This document shows positions 19,247-27,452 of a stretch of DNA of 64,000 nt, in pieces (the first letter of the stretch is position 1; each line of letters opens with the position of its first letter). The position numbers and the translations under genes were made by a program. The stretch lies in assembly GCA_001627865.1 (NCBI GenBank), contig LUQO01000004.1:10384-74383 (forward strand). The letters are read 5' to 3'. Source of the stretch: SAR324 cluster bacterium REDSEA-S27_B3. GTDB lineage: Bacteria > SAR324 > NAC60-12. The notes beneath the pieces were generated by a model. The model had not been told where the DNA came from. It saw only the letters and a list, made by a program, of their open reading frames with translations, and searched no databases.

Positions 19247-19929
19247 GCACTCCGTACACCTATGCTGAAACGGCGGTTCACCCAGCGAAGTCCAAGATCG
19301 GAAACACCTGTGATTACCAGAAACAGCATGGCTACAACAAGGTAGAAGGTGAAAGGCTGACGGGTGGCGCCTCCGGCCATTCCGGCCTTGAAGACCATGT
19401 CCTGCAAGCCGATCACGGAAACAAGCGCAGTGGTTTTAGCAAGCACCATCCAGTTGTTCCCAAAGCCGGGCAGGGCATGCCGCACCATCAATGGCAGAGT
19501 GAGCCGCAAAAACACCTGACTGCGCTTCATTCCAAATGCATAGCCGGCCTCTATTTCTTCTTTTGATACTGCAAGGATACCCCCCCGAAAGGTTTCTGTC
19601 ATGTATGCGCCAAAGATGAACCCAATGGTGAGGGTGCCGGCGACAAATGGACTGATGTCAATGTATTCCCACTCAAGAGCATAGCCGATATCATTCACCA
19701 GCATCTGCCCCCCAAAATAAACAACTGTCATTAACACCAGGTCAGGGATACCTCGGATGATGGTGGTGTAAACTGTTGCCGCTCCGCGGGCAAGCCGGTA
19801 ATTTGATAACTTGGCAAGGGCACCGATCATACCCAGCACAACTGAAATTACCAATGAAAGCAGTGCCACCTCCACGGTCAGCAGCATGCCCTCCAGAATC
19901 ATTGGGAAGTAGCCGTGCAGGTTGAACAC
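19243..19929 (-). CDS. Polar amino-acid ABC transporter permease (HisQ/ArtQ-like)
   Basis: The EAA loop is EIEAGYAFGMKRSQVFLRLTLP. The start is apparently GTG at 19929, with an alternative ATG at 19902. 228 aa. Confidence 0.88.
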   Translation of the reverse strand: MFNLHGYFPMILEGMLLTVEVALLSLVISVVLGMIGALAKLSNYRLARGAATVYTTIIRGIPDLVLMTVVYFGGQMLVNDIGYALEWEYIDISPFVAGTLTIGFIFGAYMTETFRGGILAVSKEEIEAGYAFGMKRSQVFLRLTLPLMVRHALPGFGNNWMVLAKTTALVSVIGLQDMVFKAGMAGGATRQPFTFYLVVAMLFLVITGVSDLGLRWVNRRFSIGVRSA

Positions 19930-20002
19930 TGAAGGTTTTGAATGGAGATTTAAGGAATCGCCGCGAAACAGTAAATGTCCCGCGACGATATCAAAGGCAG
20001 GT

Positions 20003-20779
20003 TTAGTTGCCGTAAATGTCTATATTAAAATACTTGTCGTTGATTCGCTTGTATGTACCATTGGCACGAATCGCGTCAATGGCATTGTTCATCAACTGAT
20101 GGAGTTTTTTGTCACCTTTGCGCATGGCAATACCGGCGCCTTCCCCAAAGTATTTCGGGTCAGTGTAGTTTGGCCCCACAAATTCCCATCCGCTGCCTTT
20201 GTCTGTTTTCAGGAAACCATCATCCATGGCGATGGAATCTGCCAGCAGTAAGTCCACCCGACCGGCGACCGCGTCAAGATAGGCTTCGTCCTGAGTGCCA
20301 TAACGCTTGATTGTAACTGAATCTCCAAACTCCGCAGTAATGAAGTTGTCATGTGTTGTGGCACGCTGAACAGCCACTACTTTGCCCTTCATGCCGGACT
20401 TTGAAATAGCAATTCCGGAACCCTTTTTGCGGGCAAACTTTGCTGGTGTGTTGTAATACTTCTTGCTGAAGGCAACTTTCTTCTTGCGTTCCTCAGTGAT
20501 GGACATCGAAGCGATTATGCAATCATACTTGCGGGCCAGCAGTGCAGGGATAATTCCGTCCCAGTCCTGGGGAACCAGTGTGCAGGTTGCTCCTATTTCA
20601 GCACAAATCGCTTTGGCAATATCAATATCAAATCCCACCAAAGTACCATCAGCCTGTACCGAGCTGAAGGGAGGATATGCACCTTCCACCCCAACACGTA
20701 TTTTTTTCCACTCCTTGGCAGAAACAGTCGATACCAGTGTAAACAGAACCAGCATGGACATAATAATTATTTTTTTCAT
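20003..20779 (-). CDS. Periplasmic lysine/arginine/ornithine/histidine(opine)-type substrate-binding protein
   Basis: The true start is taken as ATG 20779, giving MKKIIIMSMLVLFTLVSTVSAKEW (signal peptide). The track ORF extends to 21004 and would overlap the ATPase gene. Family-3 SBP motifs include IRVGVEGAYPPFS, GFDIDIAKAIC and the DCIIASMSITEERKK region. Confidence 0.9.
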   Translation of the reverse strand: MKKIIIMSMLVLFTLVSTVSAKEWKKIRVGVEGAYPPFSSVQADGTLVGFDIDIAKAICAEIGATCTLVPQDWDGIIPALLARKYDCIIASMSITEERKKKVAFSKKYYNTPAKFARKKGSGIAISKSGMKGKVVAVQRATTHDNFITAEFGDSVTIKRYGTQDEAYLDAVAGRVDLLLADSIAMDDGFLKTDKGSGWEFVGPNYTDPKYFGEGAGIAMRKGDKKLHQLMNNAIDAIRANGTYKRINDKYFNIDIYGN

Positions 20780-20837
20780 AGTATTTCTCCATTTGAAATT
20801 AAAATGACCGGGATAATAGAAAAAATATACCCCAGCA

Positions 20838-21635
20838 TTAAGTCTTAATGACTTGCTCTGTTTCGACATGTTTGGAAACAAACTGTCGAAACCGATCTGA
20901 AGAGGGGTTTTTGAATACTTCAGAAGGCGGCCCCTCTTCTTCAATACTGCCTTCATGAAGGAAAACAACTCTTGACGAGACATCCTCTGCAAAACCAATC
21001 TCATGCGTGACCACGATCATGGTTCGCCCTTCTTCGGCAAGATTCCGCATCACCTGCAAAACTTCTCCCACCAGTTCCGGATCAAGCGCGGAAGTCGGTT
21101 CATCAAAAAGCAGCATATTCGGTTCCATGGCCAGTGCTCTTGCGATTGCCACCCGCTGCTGCTGACCTCCGGAAAGGTGAGCTGGATGGTAATGCATCCT
21201 GTCGTGAATTCCGACCTTATGCAAAAGGGCTTCTGCCCTTTCAACAGCTTCATTTTTTGGTATTTTGAGAACATGCACCGGAGCTTCGATCACATTTTCC
21301 AATACCGTCATGTGTGACCACAGATTGAACTGCTGAAAAACCATTCCCAGCCGAGTCCGGATTCGCTCCACCTGTTTCATGTCTTCCGGAACAGTGACTC
21401 CGTTGCGATCCTGCTTCATACGGATCAACTCACCGCGCACATAAATTTTGCCGCTGGTGAGAGTTTCCAGCATATTGATGCAACGCAGAAAAGTACTTTT
21501 ACCGGAACCGCTGGCCCCCATCATTGCGATTACATCACCTTCATGAGCTTCCAGTGAAATGCCTTTAAGAACTTCATCACTTCCGAAGTACTTATGCAGA
21601 TCATCCACAACAAGGGCAGCGTCGCCGTTATTCAA
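20838..21635 (-). CDS. Polar amino-acid ABC transporter ATP-binding protein (HisP-like)
   Basis: Walker A is GASGSGKST, the signature motif is LSGGQQQRVAIARAL, and Walker B is LLFDEPTSALD. It has a TTG start preceded by a GAGGA RBS. Confidence 0.95.
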   Translation of the reverse strand: MNNGDAALVVDDLHKYFGSDEVLKGISLEAHEGDVIAMMGASGSGKSTFLRCINMLETLTSGKIYVRGELIRMKQDRNGVTVPEDMKQVERIRTRLGMVFQQFNLWSHMTVLENVIEAPVHVLKIPKNEAVERAEALLHKVGIHDRMHYHPAHLSGGQQQRVAIARALAMEPNMLLFDEPTSALDPELVGEVLQVMRNLAEEGRTMIVVTHEIGFAEDVSSRVVFLHEGSIEEEGPPSEVFKNPSSDRFRQFVSKHVETEQVIKT

Positions 21636-21890
21636 AATATCCTCTGATGATGCAATTCCTGATTAGAACAGTCCGGAATTGAATTAACAATTTTTACTGG
21701 ATTCAGGAAGAACTGGAAAAGATTCTCACAATTCACCAATACATCATAACTCAATATGGAGAATAGTAAAGCAATTTAACAAGTTAGGCGGGGGTTAGCA
21801 AAAGGTTTCTGGAAAAACAAAAAAGAAAATTTATTTTAATTTAATGACTAGTTTGCTTTTATTTAACTGAGGAAAGAATACTCAAAATTT

Positions 21891-22934
21891 TCAGGCTGAG
21901 TTCCAGTCAAGAACAACTTTGCCTGAATTGCCTGAGAGCATCGTTGCAAAACCTTCCTCAAAATCATCAATGGGAAAGCGGTGGGTGATGAGGGGTGACA
22001 AATCAAGTCCGGATTGAACCATTGCAATCATTTTGTACCATGTTTCAAACATCTCGCGACCGTAAATACCTTGAATTCGCAGCATTTTGAAAATAACTTT
22101 ATTCCAGTCAATATCAAATCCTGTAGATGATAAACCGAGTATGGCAATCTTTCCTCCATTATTCATTTTATCAATCATGTCCCGGAAGGCTGGTGCGGCC
22201 CCGGACATTTCCAAACCGATGTCAAATCCTTCCTTCAGTCCAATTTTCTGCATCACTTGCTGCAAATCTTCCTTCTCGGCATTAACCACATATTTTAGTC
22301 CTATTTTTTCAGCTAGTTTTAGCCGTGCAGGGTTTATATCAGTAATAACTACTTTTCTAGCTCCTGCTCTTTGGACAACCAAAGCCCCCATGATGCCGAT
22401 TGGTCCGGCGCCTGTGACAAGCACATCTTCTCCAACACAATCGAAAGTTAATGCCGTGTGAACAGCATTACCAAAAGGATCGAATATAGCAGCAATTTCA
22501 TCATCTATATCTTCCGGAATCGGCACAACATTGTCTTCCGGAAGTCTCAGATATTCAGCAAATGCTCCCGGCAAATGAACACCAATTCCAAGTGTGTTAC
22601 GGCACAGATGCCCCCTCCCTGCTCTGCAATTCCGGCATGTTCCACAAATGATATGTCCTTCTCCGGAAATTCGCTGTCCCACAATGTACTTTGTAACTGC
22701 CGTGCCTGTTTCCACAATTTCACCAAAAAACTCGTGTCCCACAACCATCGGTACAGGAACAATGTTGGAAGTAAATTCATCCCAGTTCCATATATGAATA
22801 TCTGTGCCGCAGATGGCTGTTTTTTTGACTCGCACCAAAACATCATTTGGACCTGTCTCAGGAACAGGAACCTGTTCCATCCAAAGTCCCGGTTCGGGCT
22901 TGGCTTTTACTAAAGCTTTCATTGTTTTATTCAT
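21891..22934 (-). CDS. tdh: L-threonine 3-dehydrogenase
   Basis: A zinc-ADH fold of 347 aa. Supporting motifs are [18 protein letters not shown], the structural-Zn cysteines [15 protein letters not shown], and GAGPIG. A 4-bp overlap with kbl gives the classical kbl-tdh pair. Confidence 0.93.
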   Translation of the reverse strand: MNKTMKALVKAKPEPGLWMEQVPVPETGPNDVLVRVKKTAICGTDIHIWNWDEFTSNIVPVPMVVGHEFFGEIVETGTAVTKYIVGQRISGEGHIICGTCRNCRAGRGHLCRNTLGIGVHLPGAFAEYLRLPEDNVVPIPEDIDDEIAAIFDPFGNAVHTALTFDCVGEDVLVTGAGPIGIMGALVVQRAGARKVVITDINPARLKLAEKIGLKYVVNAEKEDLQQVMQKIGLKEGFDIGLEMSGAAPAFRDMIDKMNNGGKIAILGLSSTGFDIDWNKVIFKMLRIQGIYGREMFETWYKMIAMVQSGLDLSPLITHRFPIDDFEEGFATMLSGNSGKVVLDWNSA

Positions 22935-24121
22935 TTGATAATCCCAAGTTTGTGTCCAACTTTTTCAAATGCCTGAATTGTATGCTCTAAATCTTCTCGA
23001 CTGTGCGCGGCAGACATTTGAGTTCGAATACGAGCTTGTCCTTCAGGAACAACAGGGAAGGAAAAACCTATTACATAAACACCTTCATTCAGCATGAGTT
23101 CAGCAAACTTTTGAGCCAGTTCAGCATCACCAAGCATCACCGGAATAATCGGATGTCCTGCTCCGACAAGTGTAAAGCCAAGGTTTGATAATTCCTCCCT
23201 GAAAAAAGCCGAGTTTTCAAATAATTGCTGCCGAAGTTCCGGACGAGACGCTATAATTTCAAGAACTTTGATTGATGTTGCGGTGATTACGGGCGCTAAT
23301 GTATTGGAAAACAAATAAGGCCGTGATCGTTGACGCAGCCATTCCACTATCTCTTTTTTCGCACTGGTGTACCCTCCGGAGGCGCCCCCGAGCGCCTTGC
23401 CAAGCGTTCCGGTTAAAATATCCACTTTGTCTGAAACACTGCAGTATTCCGGAGAACCGCGCCCTCTTTCGCCCATCACCCCAACAGCATGGCTATCGTC
23501 AACCATCACAAGAGAATCATATTTTTCCGCAAGATCGCATATTCCTTTTAGGTTGGCGATAATGCCGTCCATGGAAAATACTCCATCCGTGGCAATTAGT
23601 CTAAACCTTGCGTCTGACGCTTCTTTCAAACATCTTTCCAAATCCCGCATGTCGTTATTCTTGTAGCGAAAACGACTCGCTTTACATAAACGCACACCAT
23701 CAATGATGGACGCGTGATTCATGGCATCTGAAATTATGGCATCTTCCTGCCCCAAAAGTGTTTCAAACAATCCCGTGTTTGCGTCAAAACATGAAGAATA
23801 AAGAATCGTATCTTCGGTCCCAAGAAACTCTGATATTTTTAATTCCAATTGTTTATGCGAATCCTGTGTACCACAAATGAAACGAACAGAGGCCATCCCA
23901 TAGCCTTTTTTGTCAAGTGCGTTTTTTCCTTCCTCAATAAGTTCGGCGTCATCAGCAAGTCCCAGGTAATTATTTGCACAGAAATTCAGTACATTGTCTC
24001 CGGGGAATACTGAAATGTTCCCTGATTGCTGAGAAGTTATGATACGCTCAGATTTATATAGTCCAGCGTTTCTTACAGACTCAAGTTGTTCACTGAGATT
24101 GTCGTAAAAATATTTACTCAT
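22931..24121 (-). CDS. kbl: Glycine C-acetyltransferase (2-amino-3-ketobutyrate CoA ligase)
   Basis: An alpha-oxoamine synthase of 396 aa. Supporting motifs are [14 protein letters not shown] and the lysine motif [14 protein letters not shown]. It is coupled to tdh. Confidence 0.93.
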   Translation of the reverse strand: MSKYFYDNLSEQLESVRNAGLYKSERIITSQQSGNISVFPGDNVLNFCANNYLGLADDAELIEEGKNALDKKGYGMASVRFICGTQDSHKQLELKISEFLGTEDTILYSSCFDANTGLFETLLGQEDAIISDAMNHASIIDGVRLCKASRFRYKNNDMRDLERCLKEASDARFRLIATDGVFSMDGIIANLKGICDLAEKYDSLVMVDDSHAVGVMGERGRGSPEYCSVSDKVDILTGTLGKALGGASGGYTSAKKEIVEWLRQRSRPYLFSNTLAPVITATSIKVLEIIASRPELRQQLFENSAFFREELSNLGFTLVGAGHPIIPVMLGDAELAQKFAELMLNEGVYVIGFSFPVVPEGQARIRTQMSAAHSREDLEHTIQAFEKVGHKLGIIK

Positions 24122-24219
24122 GGTATCTGTAATTGTTGTGAATCATTTCTCTCAAACATGATGCAGTTATCATAACTATGAAAATGGCGACCCTTAATTT
24201 CAGTCACTTACAAGTTTAT

Positions 24220-24267
24220 GGATTCCCGATCCCTGATCAGGTCGAAGACAAGATTCTCGGGAATGAC
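24220..24267. repeat. REP-like palindromic intergenic element
   Basis: The sequence is GGATTCCCGATCCCTGATCAGGTCGAAGACAAGATTCTCGGGAATGAC. ATTCCCGA (24222-24229) pairs with TCGGGAAT (24257-24264). There is an internal 10-bp palindrome CCTGATCAGG. It lies between the C45 gene stop and the kbl start. Confidence 0.55.
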
Positions 24268-24304
24268 ATTTAATTAGGATACTATCACACAGAATGAATC
24301 AAGT

Positions 24305-25387
24305 TTAATTTGAAAGCGTGGGAGTTGTATTTTTGTTCAAATGAATTTGCCATGAAACACTTTCTGCAGATATTTCGAAAACAGCTGTGGCCAGTGTAAA
24401 CGCATAATCGTCAACACCATCATTGGGACGGCGATAGATGGAAAGTCCTTTTGAGCGATGATGGAAAAGAATTGATTTGGCATCTGCAGAAGTTGATTCT
24501 GAGAGCAGTTTTTCAGACATTTGCTGTCGAAATTCAGAAGAAGCAGTCACAGTTTGCGAAACTCCGTAAAATTCTTCATCCAGCAAATGATTGGCATGTG
24601 TGGTGGGAGAATCAATTTTGTTGACCACACAACCGCTTGGGGGCGCTTCAACCGAAAGCAAACTCGGCCCTGACGGTTGACCGAGAGAGTGATGAAACCC
24701 TCCTGCCCTGTCCCTGCGTTTAAGCAGCATCAGTGCTTCTTGCATAGTTTTACAATCTAAAATTGCTCGGCAGATGAAGTGGCGTGGAACTCCGGATTGA
24801 AGATCATCTGTCCGGATATTATTGATAGTTTGAACCAGGCCATGAGCATTAATTGAGAAAGTATGTCCAGGCAGCATACCAGGATAGTGAAAGGCAGAGA
24901 ATTCCTGACCTTCTACCGGATGTACGGTGAGCCAGCTGCAATGACCATTCAGTTCCGGTGGTCCGTCCTCGTTGTGGGCAATAATTGCGTTGTTTCCATT
25001 GTCAGCAGGATAAAGAATTGTTGTGCAGCCTTCCGGTACATTTTCAGGAGATTCCGGAATTGAATCTTCCAATAAAGGCAAATCACCGCGACAGTTCCAG
25101 ATAAGCAGTGTCTCATAATCAACCTGTGCACCTTTTGCCATGCCTTCTAGTTCCAGAACATATTCCGGAAAAACCTTTCTTGCTGCCGCATCAAGCCCTT
25201 TCAAATAATTGCTCCCACTGTAAACTTGCTGAGCAGCTTTAAATTCAAAAAGTTGCAAAATCTGCTGATGAATAGATACCGCGTCCTTTTGGCCAATAGC
25301 AAAACCAATTTCTTCCGGGGTCCCGGAGACATGAAGGGTTTCAAGTTTTTCCAATGATTTATGTAGTCCAGGGATTTGAGTAAGCAA
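24305..25387 (-). CDS. Peptidase C45 / acyl-CoA:6-APA acyltransferase (AAT)-like Ntn hydrolase
   Basis: 360 aa. The N-terminus reads LHVSGTPEEIGFAIGQ. An internal EGCTT site looks like the autoproteolytic Cys nucleophile of the C45 family. It has an apparent TTG start with no ATG nearby and a weak RBS. Confidence 0.7.
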   Translation of the reverse strand: MLTQIPGLHKSLEKLETLHVSGTPEEIGFAIGQKDAVSIHQQILQLFEFKAAQQVYSGSNYLKGLDAAARKVFPEYVLELEGMAKGAQVDYETLLIWNCRGDLPLLEDSIPESPENVPEGCTTILYPADNGNNAIIAHNEDGPPELNGHCSWLTVHPVEGQEFSAFHYPGMLPGHTFSINAHGLVQTINNIRTDDLQSGVPRHFICRAILDCKTMQEALMLLKRRDRAGGFHHSLGQPSGPSLLSVEAPPSGCVVNKIDSPTTHANHLLDEEFYGVSQTVTASSEFRQQMSEKLLSESTSADAKSILFHHRSKGLSIYRRPNDGVDDYAFTLATAVFEISAESVSWQIHLNKNTTPTLSN

Positions 25388-25426
25388 ATGATATAGCGAA
25401 AAAATTAATGCTTACCAAACTGATTA

Positions 25427-26686
25427 TTAGCTGCCTGCGCTGGCTAAAACAGAATTAAGCAGCACATCTGCTCCTGCAGCAACCTGTTCAGGTGAGGTGT
25501 TTTCTGCTTCATCGTGACTTAGTCCGTTATCGCATGGAATAAATATCATCCCTGTAGGTGCAACGTCATTTAGATAACAGGCGTCATGTCCTGCCCCGGA
25601 AACAATGTCTCTATGACTGTAACCAAGCGATTGAGCAGAATTCCTGACAATATTGATACAGTCCTGGTGAAATTCAACGCTGGGATTTATTTGGACAATT
25701 GAAAACTCATTCTCAAGACCTTCAGAAGAGCAAACAGTATTAACTAAATTTTTCAGATCCTCATTGAATTGCATCAGCTTTTCCTGATCCGGATGCCTTG
25801 TATCTACTGTGAAGAATACTCTGCTTGGAATTGTATTTATTGAAGAAGGATAGGTTTCCAACCGTCCAACTGTACAGACTGCAGTTGAATGTTTTCGAAT
25901 GATTTCACGCAGTTCGGTAATAATTATGGAAGCTCCCATCATTGGATCCCTGCGGTAATTCATGGGTGTAGTGCCTGCATGTGAACCTTGTCCGTGCAAC
26001 GTGATGTGATTCCAGACTGCTCCCTGACCTCCTGTTACAACACCTATGCTTGTGTTTTCATTTTCAAGCACAGGTCCCTGTTCAATATGCAATTCATAAT
26101 AAGCATTGATCGGAAATGTTTCACAGGGGACAGATCCAAGCTGACCTGTTCGACGCAATTCATGTTCAACAGTGATACCGTCAGGATCCTGGTTTGCATA
26201 TATTTCCTCCTGTTTCAAAACTCCCGCAAACACTCCTGATCCCATCATGGCCGGGGGGAAACGGGCGCCTTCTTCGTTGGTCCAGACTGCAACTTCAATA
26301 GGTGATTTTGTTTCAATCCCATAATCGTTTAATGATCGAACAACCTCCAGCGCTCCCAGCACCCCAAGAATTCCATCAAATCTGCCCCCAGAGGGCTGCG
26401 TGTCAAGATGGCTCCCGGACAGGACTGGAGGTGCATCCGGATTCTTTCCATTACGACGGGCAAATATATTCCCCATCGTATCCTGACGAATAGTGCAACC
26501 TGCTTCTTCGACCCATTCCCGGAAAAGACTTCGTCCTTCAATGTCTTCATCTGTAAGCGCGAGTCGCCGATTCCCTCCACGTTCTCCCGGACCAATTTTT
26601 GCCATTTCCATCAGGGAATTCCAAAGTCGTTCCCCATTTGCTTTTAATTTCATTTCATCCTCTTTTAGTAAATCCACACCGGACAT
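25427..26686 (-). CDS. M20-family Zn-dependent amidohydrolase (allantoate amidohydrolase / N-carbamoyl-L-amino-acid hydrolase / beta-ureidopropionase type)
   Basis: 419 aa. Supporting motifs are GERLWNSLMEMAKIG, SGSHLDTQPSGGRFDGILGV, WTNEEGARF and GAGHDA, as in AmaB/AllC-type enzymes. Confidence 0.85.
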   Translation of the reverse strand: MSGVDLLKEDEMKLKANGERLWNSLMEMAKIGPGERGGNRRLALTDEDIEGRSLFREWVEEAGCTIRQDTMGNIFARRNGKNPDAPPVLSGSHLDTQPSGGRFDGILGVLGALEVVRSLNDYGIETKSPIEVAVWTNEEGARFPPAMMGSGVFAGVLKQEEIYANQDPDGITVEHELRRTGQLGSVPCETFPINAYYELHIEQGPVLENENTSIGVVTGGQGAVWNHITLHGQGSHAGTTPMNYRRDPMMGASIIITELREIIRKHSTAVCTVGRLETYPSSINTIPSRVFFTVDTRHPDQEKLMQFNEDLKNLVNTVCSSEGLENEFSIVQINPSVEFHQDCINIVRNSAQSLGYSHRDIVSGAGHDACYLNDVAPTGMIFIPCDNGLSHDEAENTSPEQVAAGADVLLNSVLASAGS

Positions 26687-27022
26687 TTATTCAAGCAGCG
26701 CAGATTGAATTTTGATTTCAATATCAATCTTGTTGTTTGTTAAAGGGTTTCAAGTCTTTCACTATTTAGAATAAACCTCAAATGATTACAGCCATAAATC
26801 TGAGCATGCCTTATTAGCAAAAATAATTCAGGTTCACAGAGGGTTGATATCTGGTAATTTGATGGTATTTCAAACAATTCCTTCATGATTCACTCCTTCA
26901 TAAAAAACAGTTCCAATTTGAAGAACCTCAAAATTATCAAATTTGAAAGGATTGTCTCTGGGAAAACCAATGAAAATGAAGTTATTCAGGAAAACTCAAA
27001 AATTTTGTTCCTGTAACAGGAT

Positions 27023-27382
27023 TCACTGAGGAGACAGGGCCCGGTAAATCAACCCTGCAATTTCACTCTCAAGCGGAAATGAAAGCATCCCCATCACCGT
27101 GTAACCCAGCAACCAGGGCATCAGGTAAAACCGCAGCATGTAAAAAAACCAGGCGACATAGAGGGGAATCAGAGCAGGCAACAGAAAGCCCGGAGTGACT
27201 GGAGCAAAAAAACGGAGCAAAGGATTGGTGGAGCGGACAAAGAAACGCATGAAGAAAAAGGACGAATCTTCAGGAAGAAAAAACCCCATCGCCGTTCGGC
27301 CGATCAATGTCCACATCACTACCCCGGAGACATAATCCAAGGCAATGACCCAAAGCGGAAAAACTTCCGACACAGGGTCCAT
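27023..27382 (-). CDS. YggT-family-like small membrane protein
   Basis: 119 aa with 3-4 TM segments and a central STNPLLRFFAPVTP motif resembling the YggT loop. It lies downstream of the symporter on the same strand. Confidence 0.55.
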   Translation of the reverse strand: MDPVSEVFPLWVIALDYVSGVVMWTLIGRTAMGFFLPEDSSFFFMRFFVRSTNPLLRFFAPVTPGFLLPALIPLYVAWFFYMLRFYLMPWLLGYTVMGMLSFPLESEIAGLIYRALSPQ

Positions 27383-27410
27383 CGATACAACTTAATCAAG
27401 GAGTTAAATA

Positions 27411-27438
27411 TTTTCCCGGGGCAGGAACCCCGGGAAAA
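27411..27438 (-). terminator. Strong GC hairpin between the symporter stop and the YggT-like gene (possible terminator/attenuator)
   Basis: TTTTCCCGGGG (27411-27421), a 6-nt loop, then CCCCGGGAAAA (27428-27438), giving a perfect 11-bp stem. On the minus-strand transcript it is followed by UAUUU, a weak U-tract. Confidence 0.45.
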
Positions 27439-27452
27439 ATAAGTTTTCTGGA

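Noticed and set aside
20780-21004. 75-aa N-terminal extension of the substrate-binding-protein ORF
   Set aside because: The extension would overlap the ATPase gene by 167 bp. The internal ATG at 20779 yields a classical signal peptide.
22087-22913. 124-aa and 151-aa plus-strand ORFs opposite tdh
   Set aside because: They are antisense to a canonical zinc-ADH-type tdh and carry no independent signals.
24122-24304. Glycine riboswitch upstream of kbl
   Set aside because: The spacer lacks the conserved glycine-aptamer core elements as far as I can recognise them. Its only structure is the REP-like hairpin.
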